This document shows, piece after piece, positions 1-12,337 of a DNA stretch of 64,000 bases; position 1 is the stretch's first letter; every line of letters starts with the position of its first letter. Both the position numbers and the translations under genes were made by a program. The notes beneath the pieces are model-generated. The model was not told the DNA's origin, searched no databases, and saw only the letters and a program-made list of their open reading frames with translations. The DNA lies in the NCBI RefSeq assembly GCF_006345805.1, contig NC_042997.1, forward strand, positions 44,950,001-45,014,000, given 5' to 3'. The DNA comes from Octopus sinensis. Lineage: Eukaryota.

Positions 1-14
1 ACACACAAACATGT

Positions 15-395
15 GGAGGCGCAATGGCCCAGTGTTAGGGCAGCGGACTCGCGGTCGGAGGATCGCGGTTTCGATTCCCAGACCGGGCATTGTGAGTGTT
101 TATTGAGCGAAAACACCTAAAGCTCCACGAGGCTCCGGCAGGGGCGGGGTGGTGAACCCTGCTGTACTCTTTCACCACAACTTTCTCTCGCTCTTTCTTC
201 CTATTTCTCTTGTACCTGTATTTCAAAGGGCCAGCCTTGTCACACTCTGTGTCACGCTGAATCTCCTCGAGAACTACGTTAAGGGTACACGTGTCTGTGG
301 AGTGCTCAGCCACTTGCACGTTAATATCACGAGCAGGCTGTTCCGTTGATCGTATCAGCTGGGACCCTCATCGTCGCAACCGATGGAGTGCTCCT
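15..395 (+). mobile_element. tRNA(Arg)-like-headed SINE, tail type A (probably octopus OR family)
   Basis: Head GGAGGCGCAATGGCCCAGTG..GGTTTCGATTCC with pol III A/B boxes; flanked by direct repeat ACACACAAACATGT (1-14, 396-409), a TSD. Confidence 0.85.
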
Positions 396-420
396 ACACA
401 CAAACATGTGTGTGTGCATG

Positions 421-461
<41 letters not shown>

Positions 462-596
462 ATGTGTGTGTATGAGATATATGTGTATATATTCTTTCTT
501 CAACATGAGAACATTCTTATTAAGAATGACCTGTTGCTAAATGACAGCTTAAAAAAGCGGAAAAAATATTTTATGAACTACAGCTTCAAGATGTTC

Positions 597-826
597 TTAA
601 CCCTTTCGTTACCAACCTGGCTGAAACATGCTCTGGCTCTGTAGTACAGATGTCTTGTTTTCACAAGTTTTGAATTAAAATCTTCCACCAAACCTTAGTC
701 ACAATTTATGTTCCTAATACACTAGCTTAATGATATCTAAGTTATTTTACTTAATTCTTTGTTATATTCAAATAATTGAAAGAAACACAAATCATTTCAA
801 AATAAATATGGTACCGAAAGGGTTCA
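597..826 (+). mobile_element. piggyBac-like MITE
   Basis: TTAA-CCCTTTCGTTACC ... GGTACCGAAAGGG-TTCA terminal inverted repeats; related copy at 62352-62581 in opposite orientation. Confidence 0.7.
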
Positions 827-998
827 ATATATTCCACAGCTGCCACAGAAAACATTTTACTTGTGGAGATATGTAGGAGTTTAATAATGGTGTTTACACT
901 ACATAATGGTCTGTTTACATAAACTTGGCCTCCTCACTTATGGAACACTCACTGTCTACCACTTCATCCCATCCTCTCTCTCTCTCTCTGTATATATC

Positions 999-1032
<34 letters not shown>

Positions 1033-1034
1033 CA

Positions 1035-1344
1035 CCGTCACCGGTGATATCACTGTGACCAACCAGGCTATCAGATGATGTTACACATCGCTGGTCACAA
1101 TGCGCTTCACATTGTTTTAGCCTTGAAATGATGCCACCCCACTGGCTAAGCGAGCAGACCAACAGAAGAAAGGGTGAGAGAAAGTTGTGGTGAAAGAGTA
1201 CAGCAGGGATCACCACCACCCCCTGCCAGAGCCTCGTGGAGTTTTAGGAGTTTTCGCTCAATAAACACTCACAACGCCCGGTCTGGGAATCGAAACCGCG
1301 ATCCTACGACCGCGAGTCTGCTGCCCTAACCACTAGGCCATTGC
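1035..1344 (-). mobile_element. tRNA-headed SINE, tail type B
   Basis: Same head/core as the element at 15-395 but a different 3' tail, shared with 13727-14021. Confidence 0.8.
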
Positions 1345-2289
1345 ACACATATATATATATATGTATTTATATATAAGGGACTGAAACTCCTTGGGGTCCG
1401 CTGTGCTTGAGAAAAGGTCAAGCTAAGTAAAATAATGGTTGTCCTTGATTACAGGCATGCCCCCTTCACCCTTCATCCGCTGAACATTCCAATTCTTGCA
1501 GGCTCATGAGTGTTGGTGCCAAATAAAAAGCGCTCATACCAGTGCCATGTAAAAGTGCCCAGTAAACTCTGTAAAGTGGTTGGCATTAGGAAGGGCATCC
1601 AGTGGTAGAAACCATGCCAAAACAAAAATGGGAGCCCAGATAGCTCTTCAGCTGGCTAGCTCTGGTCAAACTGTCCAACCCATGCCCACATGGAAAACAG
1701 ACATTAAATGATGATGATGATGATGATATAATCTGTCCTACTGTTATTCTCTTACATATGTATTAGTATCAAAGTTTCTCAATTTCAACAATACTTGTAA
1801 ACAATGCACTCATCCAGTTACCCATCAACCAACTCATATGAAACACAGATATTTAAATCAACAATGTTTGTCCAATTAGTAGCAAAAACTTCCTATAGGC
1901 TTGTTTAAAATGTAACAAACAACAAGCAAGGTAGATAACTTCATTAAGGTCAGATGACAGAAATCTTTGGACACAATACACAATGCGAATGGGAGTTGAT
2001 TTGATCTTTAATGTCAACTGGTGAAAGCAACATGCATTATACAAATATTAATAAATGGATTTATTTAGATAACCCTTTCCTGTATAATTATACTCCATAA
2101 TATACAATGAAAAGCATTAGAACAGGAGGGAGCAGATATATATCTTAATCTTCAATGGGATATATATCAAAATGTTTAAAGAGAAAATAGGAACTGATTA
2201 ATATCTAAAATAGTTTTTTGTTATAATTCGTATTGTCTCCCTATTGGGTAACTAAGTCATAGTTAATTAAATTCATATTCCAGCAAAAA

Positions 2290-2322
<33 letters not shown>

Positions 2323-2416
2323 GCTCTCTCTCAAAGTTTTTTATATTCCTATACATGCAAGCTTTTGTGTATGTGTGGGGGAGGTATGGGTGAGGGGTTG
2401 ATAAGTAAAGTATATA

Positions 2417-2456
<40 letters not shown>

Positions 2457-2900
2457 CGTGTGTGAGTGTGTATGTGTGTGTATATATGTTGTATTTTGGG
2501 ATGGTCTTTTTTTTTTTTGCCAAATAAACAAATACACTATATATTCATTCTTCTTTCATTTATTACTTTTCTTAATTTATCTTATGTTGATTCTTCGGAA
2601 ATCTTTCATCACACATCTGTGATCTCTGCAGCAACACTTTCCATCCTTGTGTGTGCTTTTGCTCTGCTTAGTCCATATTTGGAAAAAAAAAATTTTTTTA
2701 AATTGACTATCCCGAAATAAAAGCAGTATCTGTTTCAACACAGTTTCACATCAGGAATACTGTGACACAAATTCATAAATGTATATATATTTATATATAT
2801 GTGCACACAGATTTACATGCATACATATATGTACACACATACCACCCCCCACAAATATATATATATATATATAAATATATATATAAAAAAATATTATTTG

Positions 2901-3326
2901 ACTAAAAAGTTTTTACTCCCCTCAATTAAAAATGTGTTAAAATAGTTTGTTTCATAAAAACCATGGTAGGTTGAAGTCCAAAGAGTGTAGGAGAATTCTA
3001 CAAAATCAAGTCAAAACACATCTATGGCCATTTCGGGAGTTCACAACTGCAGTCCAATTGCATCTCGGCAATGAACCCCTCATCAGGATAAACAGGAATT
3101 TCACAACCAAGAATGACTTGATGGTAAGATTCCTGTTCATCCTGATGAGGGGTTCATTACTCATAATTGGACTGCGGCTGTGAACTCCTGAAATGGACAT
3201 AGATGTGTTTTTGACTTGATTTTGTAGAACTCTCCTACGCTCCTTGGAATTCAACCTACAATGGTTTTTATGAAACAAACTATTTTAACATATTTTTAAT
3301 TGAGGGGAGTAAAAACGATTTTTAGT
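2901..3326. repeat. Foldback (long inverted repeat), ~200 bp arms, between (TA)n tracts
   Basis: 2901-3100 is the reverse complement of ~3128-3326 with scattered mismatches. Confidence 0.85.
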
Positions 3327-3424
3327 TGATTGATATCTTTTTAAGTTTTTTGCTGCTTGACACACTTTAGCAATTTATTTTGGTTACTTATTTTAATCTA
3401 TTGTATATACCTTTTCTGGACAGG

Positions 3425-3494
<70 letters not shown>

Positions 3495-3509
3495 TGTATT
3501 GTATTGGCA

Positions 3510-4690
3510 TCCTTTCTGTCTCGGGAGACAATGGAGTTGCGCATGAAGTAGTCTAGTCCGGCTTTTACATTTCATGTCCTGATACATTCCTGCTGTGGCT
3601 GTGTAGTCCTATCCTGGACAAACACTCCCTGGCAGGTACCGCAAATGTAGCGAAGACTGTTCCTGGCTGGTTGTAGTGCCATAGTCTCTTGTTGACGTCT
3701 CTTCCTTTCTTTCATTTCTCCTCTCTCTCTCTGTCACTCCTTTGTATTCCCTCTTTTACGTACGTCACAATCTCCACGGTTGCCGGCAACTGCCTCCCAA
3801 CCGCTAATATTGATGTTGCAGGCCTTCATGTCCCTTTTGCAAAAACCGCCTTGTAACGTAAGATCGGTCTACCCACAGACCTAGTACCCCTAGCAATCTC
3901 TCCGTAGAGTATGTCCTTGGGGATTCTGCCATCTTTCATACGGCTAACATGCCCAAGCCATCTCATACGTCTTTGTGTGAGGAGTGCAAACATGCTTGGT
4001 ATTCCTGCTTGCCTGAGGACATCTTATTGGGGATATGATTCTGCCATTTGATGTGGAGGATTTTTCGGAGGCAGCGCAGGTAAAGATGTTTAGGTTAGGC
4101 GACGCTCTTGGCGGTGTATAGCGTCAGGTCTCACTTCCATACAGTTGAGTGCTGAGTACACATGCCTGGTAGATCTTTATTTTCGTGGTCTTGGTCAGCT
4201 TATTGTTGTCCCAAGCCCGTTTGGAGAGTTGGGCCATCGGAGCAGCTGCCTTGCCAATGCGTATATTGAGCTCAGCGTCAAGGGATAGGTTGTAGGTGAC
4301 AGTAGAGCCCAGATAGGTAAACTTCTCCACCTTTGGTAATCTGTGGTCTCCAATAGTATGTTTGGGATGTCCGATGTACCTGGAGCCTGGCCCATGATGT
4401 TGATCTCTTAAGGCTGATAGCTAAACCAAAGTCGTTACATGCTTGCCTCAAAACATTAATGACTTTGGAGGCTTCTTCTGTGTGTGTTACCAGAGTGGCA
4501 ACATCAGCAAATAACATCTCCTTGATCAGGACGTTTCTGATTTTGTCTTGGCACGCAGACGCGAGAGATTGAACATTTCCCGTCACTTCTACTGTGCAGA
4601 AACACTTCATCATCTGATGTCTGAAAGGCATGTGAAAGTAAGAGCAAGAAGAAGATGCCAAACAATGTAGGAGCGAGGACACAGCCTTGC
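3510..4690 (-). mobile_element. RTE (BovB-like) LINE 3' remnant
   Basis: Frameshifted ORF pieces EMLFADVATL, EKFTYLGSTVTYNLSLDAELNIRIGKA, IYQACVLSTQLYGSET. Confidence 0.8.
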
Positions 4691-4807
4691 TTTACCCCGT
4701 TTTTTATTATATATATATATATATTGTATTTCTATGTGCATGTAAATTTTTTACTTGTGCTTTTATACATATATTTTTTTATGTGTTGAAGGTCATGGTA
4801 ATGTTTA

Positions 4808-6236
4808 TTCAGTCCTCAGTCCCCTCCTATTTATCAGTCCTCCAGGCAATAACGGAGGAATTCAAGACAGGATGCCCCTGGGAGCTCCTCTATGCTGATG
4901 ACCTTGCTCTAATTGCTGAGTCACTATCAGAACTGGAGGAGAAGTTTCAGGTGTGGAAACAAGGATTAGAATCGAAGGGCCTTAGAATCAACCTAGCCAA
5001 AACCAAAGTCCTAATAAGTAGGAAGGTGGACCAATCACAAACGACTTCAGGTAGATGGCCCTGCTCGATCTGCAGAAAAGGCGTAGGTAGAAACTCTATA
5101 AGGTGCACCAAGTGTAAGCTATGGACACATAAGAGGTGCAGCAATGTCAAAGGAAGGCTTACCCCTGCTGGTGACCAAAGGCCCTTCGCTCAGAGTAAAA
5201 GGCAGACTGTATGATGCATGTGTACGTACAGCCATGCTACATGGTAGTGAAACATGGGCCGTGACTGCTGAGGATATGCGTAAGTTCACAAGAAATGAAG
5301 CCAGTATGCTCCTATGGATGTGTAATGTCAGTGTTCATAATCGACAAAGTGTAAGTACCTTGAGAGAAAAGTTGAACCTAAGAAGCATCAGTCGTGGTGT
5401 GCAAGAGAGACGGCTGTGCTGGTATGATCATGTGATGAGAATGGCTGAAGATAGTTGTGTGCAAAAGTACTACACACTAGCAGTTGAGGGAACCTGTGGA
5501 AGAGGTAGACCCAGGAAAACTGGGACAAGGTGGTGAAGCACGACCTTCGAACTTTAGGTCTCACCAAGGAAATGACTAGAGACCGAGACCTATGGAAGTA
5601 TGCTGTGCGTGAGAAGACCCGGCAAGACTAGTGAGGCCATAACCTGTGGCCCCTACCTGGGACGTAGTCAGTCCACCTGTGCATACCTTCCTTCTTGTGA
5701 CACTTGTGAAGACTGTGTTGAGGCAAGTGAAATTCAAACCAAATCAAAATGGATGAACATCAATGAATTTGTATCTTTGTGTACCAGTGCCGGTGGCACA
5801 TAAGAAAACCATCCGAACGTGGCCAGTAGCCACCGTACCCGCATTGACTGGCCTCCGTGCTGTGGGCACGTAACAAACACCATCTGATCATGGCCGTTCA
5901 CCAGCCTCGTCTGGCACCTGTCGGTGGCACATAAAAAACACCATCCTAAGCGTGGGCCGTCTGCCAGCTTCGTCTGGCACCTGTGTCGGTGGCACATAAA
6001 AAACACCATCCGAGCGTGGCCGTTCACCAGCCACGTCTGGCACCTGTGTCGGTGGCACATAAAATCACCCACTACACTCTCGGAGTGGTTGGCGTTAGGA
6101 AGGGCATCCAGCTGTAGAAACACTGCCAGATCTGACTGGGCCTGATGAAGCCTTCCAGCTTCACAGACCCCAGTTGAACCATCCAACCCATGCTAGCATG
6201 GAAAGCGGATGTTAAACGATGATGATGATGATGATC
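4808..6236 (+). mobile_element. RTE-clade LINE, 5'-truncated, internally deleted, with modular 3'UTR and (GAT)n tail
   Basis: GCPWELLYADDLALIA RT motif, C-rich finger, MLHGSETW, GRGRPRKT; ~210 bp missing relative to the copy at 6756-9958. Confidence 0.9.
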
Positions 6237-6329
6237 TAATGTATGGATCAGGCATTGCACAGGCATTACACAATAACAACACTGATTAAGCATACTCGAT
6301 AACGAGGGGGCAGCCACCACCATGTGTGT

Positions 6330-6523
6330 GTGTGTGTGTATATGTATGTATGTATTTATATATATATATATATATATATATGCATGTGTATATATATATA
6401 TGTTATATATACATATATATATATATATATGTGCATGTATAATATATATGTATATATACATATATATATAATATGTGCATGTTATATATATATGTATATA
6501 TACATATATATATATATGTTGCA

Positions 6524-6556
<33 letters not shown>

Positions 6557-6563
6557 GTGCATG

Positions 6564-6617
<54 letters not shown>

Positions 6618-6750
6618 GTGCATGTATATATATATATGTTATATACATATATATTATATATGTGCATGTAATTATATATATATATATACATATATATATA
6701 TGTGCATGTATATATATATATATATATATACATAATATATATATATGGGC
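6330..6750. repeat. (TA)n / TATGTGCATG compound microsatellite
   Basis: Directly visible. Confidence 0.95.
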
Positions 6751-6755
6751 ATGTC

Positions 6756-9700
6756 CATCATCATCATCATCATCATTTAGCGTCCGTTTTCCATGCTAGC
6801 ATGGGTTGGACGGTTCTACTGGGGTCTGTGAAGCCAGAAGGCTTCATCAGGCCCAGTCAAATCTGCAGTGTTTCTACGGCTGGATGCCCTTCCTAACGCC
6901 AACCACTCCGTGAGTGTAGTGGGTGCTTTTTACGTGCCACCCGCACTGGTGCCAGACAGAGCTGGCAAACGGCCACGAACGGATGGTGCTTTTTATGTGC
7001 CACCGGCACGAGGGCCAGGCGAGGCTGGCAACGGACACGAAACGGCGGTGGCTGGGCAACGGTCGCGAAACGGAAACTTCTCTTACATGCCACCGGCACT
7101 GGTAACACATCTGCAATTTCCATTGATCGATTTCCATTGATCGATTTCGATTCTGATCCTCACTTGCCTCAATGGGTCTTCACAAGCAGAGTTTCGACAT
7201 GCCACCAGCACTGGTAGCACATCCGCAATTTCCATTGATCGATTCGATTCTGATCCTCACTTGTCCTCACCCTCAACACGTCTTCACAAGTAGAGTTTTT
7301 GTGTCCCAAGAAGGGAAGGTATGCATACGTAGGCTGGCTCCATCCCATGTAGAAGGCCACGGGTTGTGGACTCACTTGTCCTGCCGCTTCTTCGTCTCGC
7401 GCACAGCACACTTCCAGAGGTCTCTCGGTCTCCTCAGTGAGACCTAAAGTTCGAAGGTCGTGCTTCACACACCTCGTCCCAGGTTTTCCTGGGTCTGCCT
7501 CTCCTCACGGTTCCCTCAACCGCTAGGTGGCACTTTTTCACACAACTATCTTCATCCATTCTCGCCACATGACCATACCAGCGCAAACGTCTCTCTTGCA
7601 CACACCACAACTGATGCTTCTTAGGTCCAGCTTTTCTCTCAAGGTACTTACACTCTGCCGAGTGTGAGTACCGGCATTACACATCCATCGGAGCATACTG
7701 GCTTCATTTCTAGCGAGCTTACGCATATCCTCAGCAGTCACGGCCCATGTTTCACTGCCATGTAGCATGGCTGTTCGTACACACGCATCATACAGTCTGC
7801 CTTTCACTCTGTGCGAGAGGCCTTTTGTCACCAGCAGAGGTAAGAGCTCTCTGAACTTTGCCCAAGCTATTCTTACTCTAGCAGTTACACTTTCAGCACA
7901 CCCACCCCCGCTGCTGACTTGGTCACCTAGGTAACGGAAACTATCAACTATTTCTAGTTTTTCTCCCTGGAAAGTGACGGAAGTTGGTCTCAGAGCATTT
8001 TCAGTGTTTATTGTTCCTGAGCATCTGCCACATACAAAAACCATCTTCCTAGTTAGCCTTCCTTTGACATTGCTGCATCTCTTATGTGTCCATAGCTTAC
8101 ACTTGGTGCATCTTATAGAGTTTCTACCTACACCTTTTCTACAGATCGAGCAGGGCCATCTACCTGAAGGTGTTTGTGATTTGTCTACCTTCCTACTGAT
8201 TACGACTTTGGTTTTAGCTAGATTGACTCTGAGGCCCTTCGATTCTAATCCTTGTTTCCACACCTGAAACTTCTCCTCCAGTTCTGATAGCGACTCAGCA
8301 ATTAGAGCAAGGTCATCAGCATAGAGGGCATCCTGTCTTGAATTCCTCCGTTATTGCCTGGAGGACTATGATAAATAGGAGGGGGCTGAGTACTGAGCCT
8401 TGGTGGACCCCTACCTCTACCCGGAATTCTTCACTGTACTCATTTCCAACCCTCACCCTACTAGCGGCGTCCCTATACATGGCCCGCACAGCTCTCACTA
8501 ACCATTCATCTATCCCTAGTTTTCTCATTGCCCACCAGATAAGGGATCGGGGGACCCTGTCGAAGGCTTTCTCCATGTCAACAAAAGCCAGGTACAGGGG
8601 CTTATCTTGGCTAGGTATTTCTCCTGCAGCTGCCTTACCAGGAATATAGCATCAGTAGTACTTTTCCCTGGCACAAACCCAAACTGCATCTCATCTAAAC
8701 TAACTCTCTCTCTAATTAGTTGGGCTATGACCCTCTCCGTAACCTTCATCACCTGGTCCAACAGCTTGATACCTCTGTAGTTATTTGTATCTAGGGCATC
8801 ACCTTTACCTTTGTAGCAGTTGACTATTATACTGCTACACCAGTCATTGGGTATGACCCCTTTGTGTATCACCTGATTAACTATATGGTGACTAGGCTAT
8901 AGCCGACACTACCAGACATTTTGAGCATCTCTGCAGTGATTCCTGATGGGCCTGGGCTTTCCCTTCTGTCTTCATGCTTCTAATTGCCTTAGCTACCACA
9001 GAACTATCAACTCGGATAGCTGGTCCCTCTGTTGGGTCAACATTCGGCAGACTCTCTTTATCCCATTCATTTTCTTCATTCAGCAACCTTTCATAGTGGC
9101 ATCTCCAAACCTCTCTCTTCGCATCCTCATTTAGCGCAAGTGAACCATCTTCCATGCGACACACCTTCTCTCCTACCACATCACGATTCTCTCTCAACAC
9201 TGTCTTGCAACACGAAACACCTCCAGTCTTTTTTGTCCTCACGGCGCAGAACATTGGCAATTTTTTCTTATCTGCTTCCCTCTGGCTAAATAAACCTGTC
9301 TCCTAGCTTTCTCTTTTGGCAGTCTGATACAATTCCCTGCTACCCCCCATTTTTCCAGACCTTCCAAGCCTGTCTCTTTTCTCTAATAGCCCTGTCTACA
9401 ATATTGTTCCACCACCATGTTATTCTAGGTCAGAGGGGACTTTGCACCAGCCACAGATCTGGTCAGTGGCTCTCAGCAGGTTGTCCCTTAGAAACGTCCA
9501 GCTGTCTTCTACCCCCTGTGATGCTCTATCCCCTTCTACTTCGTCAGAGGCTTCAAGTAATATGTCCCTAAATCTCTGTCCATTTGCAGGATCTTTAAGC
9601 TTCCAGATCCTTCTTCTCTATTTGTTCGTCTTCTGGTTGTCCTCCTAGTCCTGATCCTAAAGTCACTAACTACCAGTCTATGTTGTGGGGTACATTCTTC

Positions 9701-9958
9701 ACCTGGGAAGGTTTTGGATTTATAAGCAGCCATCTCTCCCTTTGCCTTGTAAGGATGTAGTCAATTTGGCTGGTATGTTGGCCCGATTGGTAAGTGACTA
9801 GGTGGCTGGTAGGTTTCCTGAAGTTAGTGTTGCAAATCATAAGATTATTTGCATCGCAGAACTCCAGCAGCCTGGTTCCCTCCTCGTTGCGGGAGCCATA
9901 GCCATAGCTCCATGTACGCCATGGAAGCCCCCAGCATGTCGTCCAACGTGACCATTGA
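6756..9958 (-). mobile_element. RTE-clade LINE, 5'-truncated in the endonuclease domain, several frameshifts
   Basis: APE C-terminus (SQIDYILTR, PQHRLVVSDF), RT motifs (NYRGIKLL, QFGFVPGKSTTDAIF, EKAFDRVP, GVHQGSVLSPLLF), finger, SFRYLG, MLHGSETW, (CAT)n tail at 6756. Confidence 0.92.
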
Positions 9959-9959
9959 A

Positions 9960-9968
9960 GTCTATATA

Positions 9969-9999
<31 letters not shown>

Positions 10000-10372
10000 G
10001 TGCATGTATATATATATATATATATATGTGCATGTATATATATATAATATATATATATATTATATATATATAACTATATGTATATATATATATATGTATA
10101 TATATATGTATATATATATATAATGTTATATATAATATATAGAATATAGTATATATATATATAATGTATATATTATATATAATACATATATGTATATATA
10201 TATATATGTATATATATATATGTATATATATATATGTAATATATATATATACATATATGTATATAATATATATATATTGTGTGTGTGTGGTGGTGCATGT
10301 ATATATATTATGTATTATATATTATCTATATATATATTAATATATGTGGTGTGTGTTGTGTGTGTGTGCATG

Positions 10373-10426
<54 letters not shown>

Positions 10427-10430
10427 GTAT
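9960..10430. repeat. (TA)n-rich compound microsatellite
   Basis: Directly visible. Confidence 0.95.
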
Positions 10431-10460
10431 AAGGGTGAAAGGAACCACGAGTTGATATAT

Positions 10461-10861
10461 ATGAAAAAACAAGTCAAAAATAGAAATGCTAAAATAATTT
10501 TATAGTGAACATTTCAGTACCGTTTCGGTCATTTTGAGACCTTTTCAACTGTAACGATTAAATAATTAAATTTAGAAAATTAGAAGAAAAGTTTTTTTAA
10601 AGGGAATATTTCTATAGTAGTGTTCAGATATAAGTGGCATTGTGCCTTTCTCTGCATTTCTGCCTTTCTCAGAGAAAGGCAGAATGCCACTTATATCTGA
10701 ACACTACTATAGAAATATTCCTTTAAAAAAACTTTTCTTCTAATTTTTCTAAATTTAATTATTTAATCGTTACAGTTGAAAAGGTCTCAAAATGACCGAA
10801 CCGGTACTGAAATGTTCACTATAAAATTATTTTAGCATTTCTATTTTTGACTTGTTTTTTC

Positions 10862-10863
<2 letters not shown>
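10461..10863. repeat. Near-perfect foldback, ~190 bp arms, flanked by (TA)n
   Basis: 10461-10650 is the reverse complement of ~10675-10863. Confidence 0.92.
10773..10809 (+). ncRNA. Candidate minimal type I hammerhead ribozyme, U3:A8 core variant (mirror copy on minus strand at 10515-10551)
   Basis: CAG-TTGAAAA-GGTC(TCAAAAT)GACC-GAA(A)-CCGG-TA-CTG: stem I, core, stem II, GAAA, palindromic stem III, GUA site. Confidence 0.5.
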
Positions 10864-10892
<29 letters not shown>

Positions 10893-11467
10893 ATATATAT
10901 AATATTTCTGGTGTTCACTGAATTCTTCCTCTAGAGAACTTCCCTTGTAGTTTGATCGTTTTGATCTATCTATTTCTAGCATTCTGGCTGGCTACCTAGC
11001 AGCCCCCTGCCAATATACACATATATTCGAATTTCTCTGACTCCTCAGATTTTTTGAATGCTGGACTACTGGTTTTAAATTGATATTAAAATTAATATTA
11101 ATTTATCTCCCTCAATTTTTATATATATATATATATATATAACAGACTCACCTGCCAAAGATGACACATGAGCATTCAGCTGTTGCCGAATGACATGTGC
11201 AAGCAACTTGTTTATAGAGATCAAATGCTTGTCCCTCACACTAGCTCACTCTCTCCATCATTTGATGTTTACCTGAACAGGTGGTCTGTGTACCTGGCGT
11301 CAGGTGTTGAAGTGATTGCAGAGTAACATGAAACAAATTGTTTAGCCCAAGAACACAACAAGCCACCTGGTCTAGGAATTGAAATCATGATTGCTAGATT
11401 GTGAGTGCAACACCCTAACCACTAGGCCGCGTGCCCTCACATGTGTATATATATATATATGTATGAA

Positions 11468-11503
<36 letters not shown>

Positions 11504-11823
11504 AAAAATAAATGGTTTACACCGGGTAGCTTACTGGTAAAGCACGGTCACTTTCACAGTGATCGCTATGTATATGGCAACTAAAAGACAGAAGATGGAA
11601 TAAACGAGAATTTATTATTAATCACGACAATTGTTTCGTCGCATCTAGCATCAAACCCTCATGTGTGGGACACTCAACAACTGGTTCAGGAGCATCCAGT
11701 GGTGCAGATGTATCTCGTTGGGTGAAAAATAAATACAACTTGTTAAAATAACAGGAGAGTTATATATATAATATATATATACATATACACACACACACGC
11801 ACATATATATATATATGTATATA

Positions 11824-11856
<33 letters not shown>

Positions 11857-12232
11857 CTCTTTACTATTTTACTTGTTTCAGTCATTTGACTGTGGCCATG
11901 CTGGAGCACCGCCTTTAGTCGAGCAAATTGACCCCAGGACTTATTCTTTGTAAGCCTAGTACTTATTCTATCAGTGGCTTTTGCTGAACCGCTAAGCTAT
12001 GGGGACCTAAACATACCAGCATCAGTTGTCAAGCGATGTTGGGGGGGACAAACACAGACATACAAACACACACACATATATATACATATATACAACGGGC
12101 TTCTTTCAGTTTCTGTCAACCAAATCCAGTCACAAGGCTTTGGTAGAAGACACTTGCCCAAGGTGCCATGCAGTGGGACTGAACCTGGAACCATGTAGTT
12201 GGTAAGCAAGCTACTTACCACACAGCCACTCC
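11857..12232 (-). mobile_element. tRNA-headed SINE with internal microsatellite (probably octopus OK-type)
   Basis: GGAGTGGCTGTGTGGTAAG..GGTTCAGTCCC head, CCTTGGGCAAGTG core, internal (TA/TG)n, GACTGAAACAAGTAAAA end. Confidence 0.85.
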
Positions 12233-12337
12233 TATGTCTGTGTGTATTTATATATATATATATATATTATATATATATATATATTATAATATATATATAT
12301 TATTATATATATATATACAACACACACATGTATATAT

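Noticed and set aside
15-90. tRNA genes at the SINE heads
   Set aside because: The cloverleaf is incomplete and continues into SINE core/tail with TSDs.
5785-6070. CRISPR-like repeat-spacer array (also considered for 62646-62838 and 22209-22571)
   Set aside because: Eukaryotic intron; the repeats are degenerate parts of a LINE 3'UTR or lack unique spacers; no cas genes.
6072-6735. Many YI/CV/TH-rich ORFs here and elsewhere
   Set aside because: Translations of (TA)n and (TG)n microsatellites.
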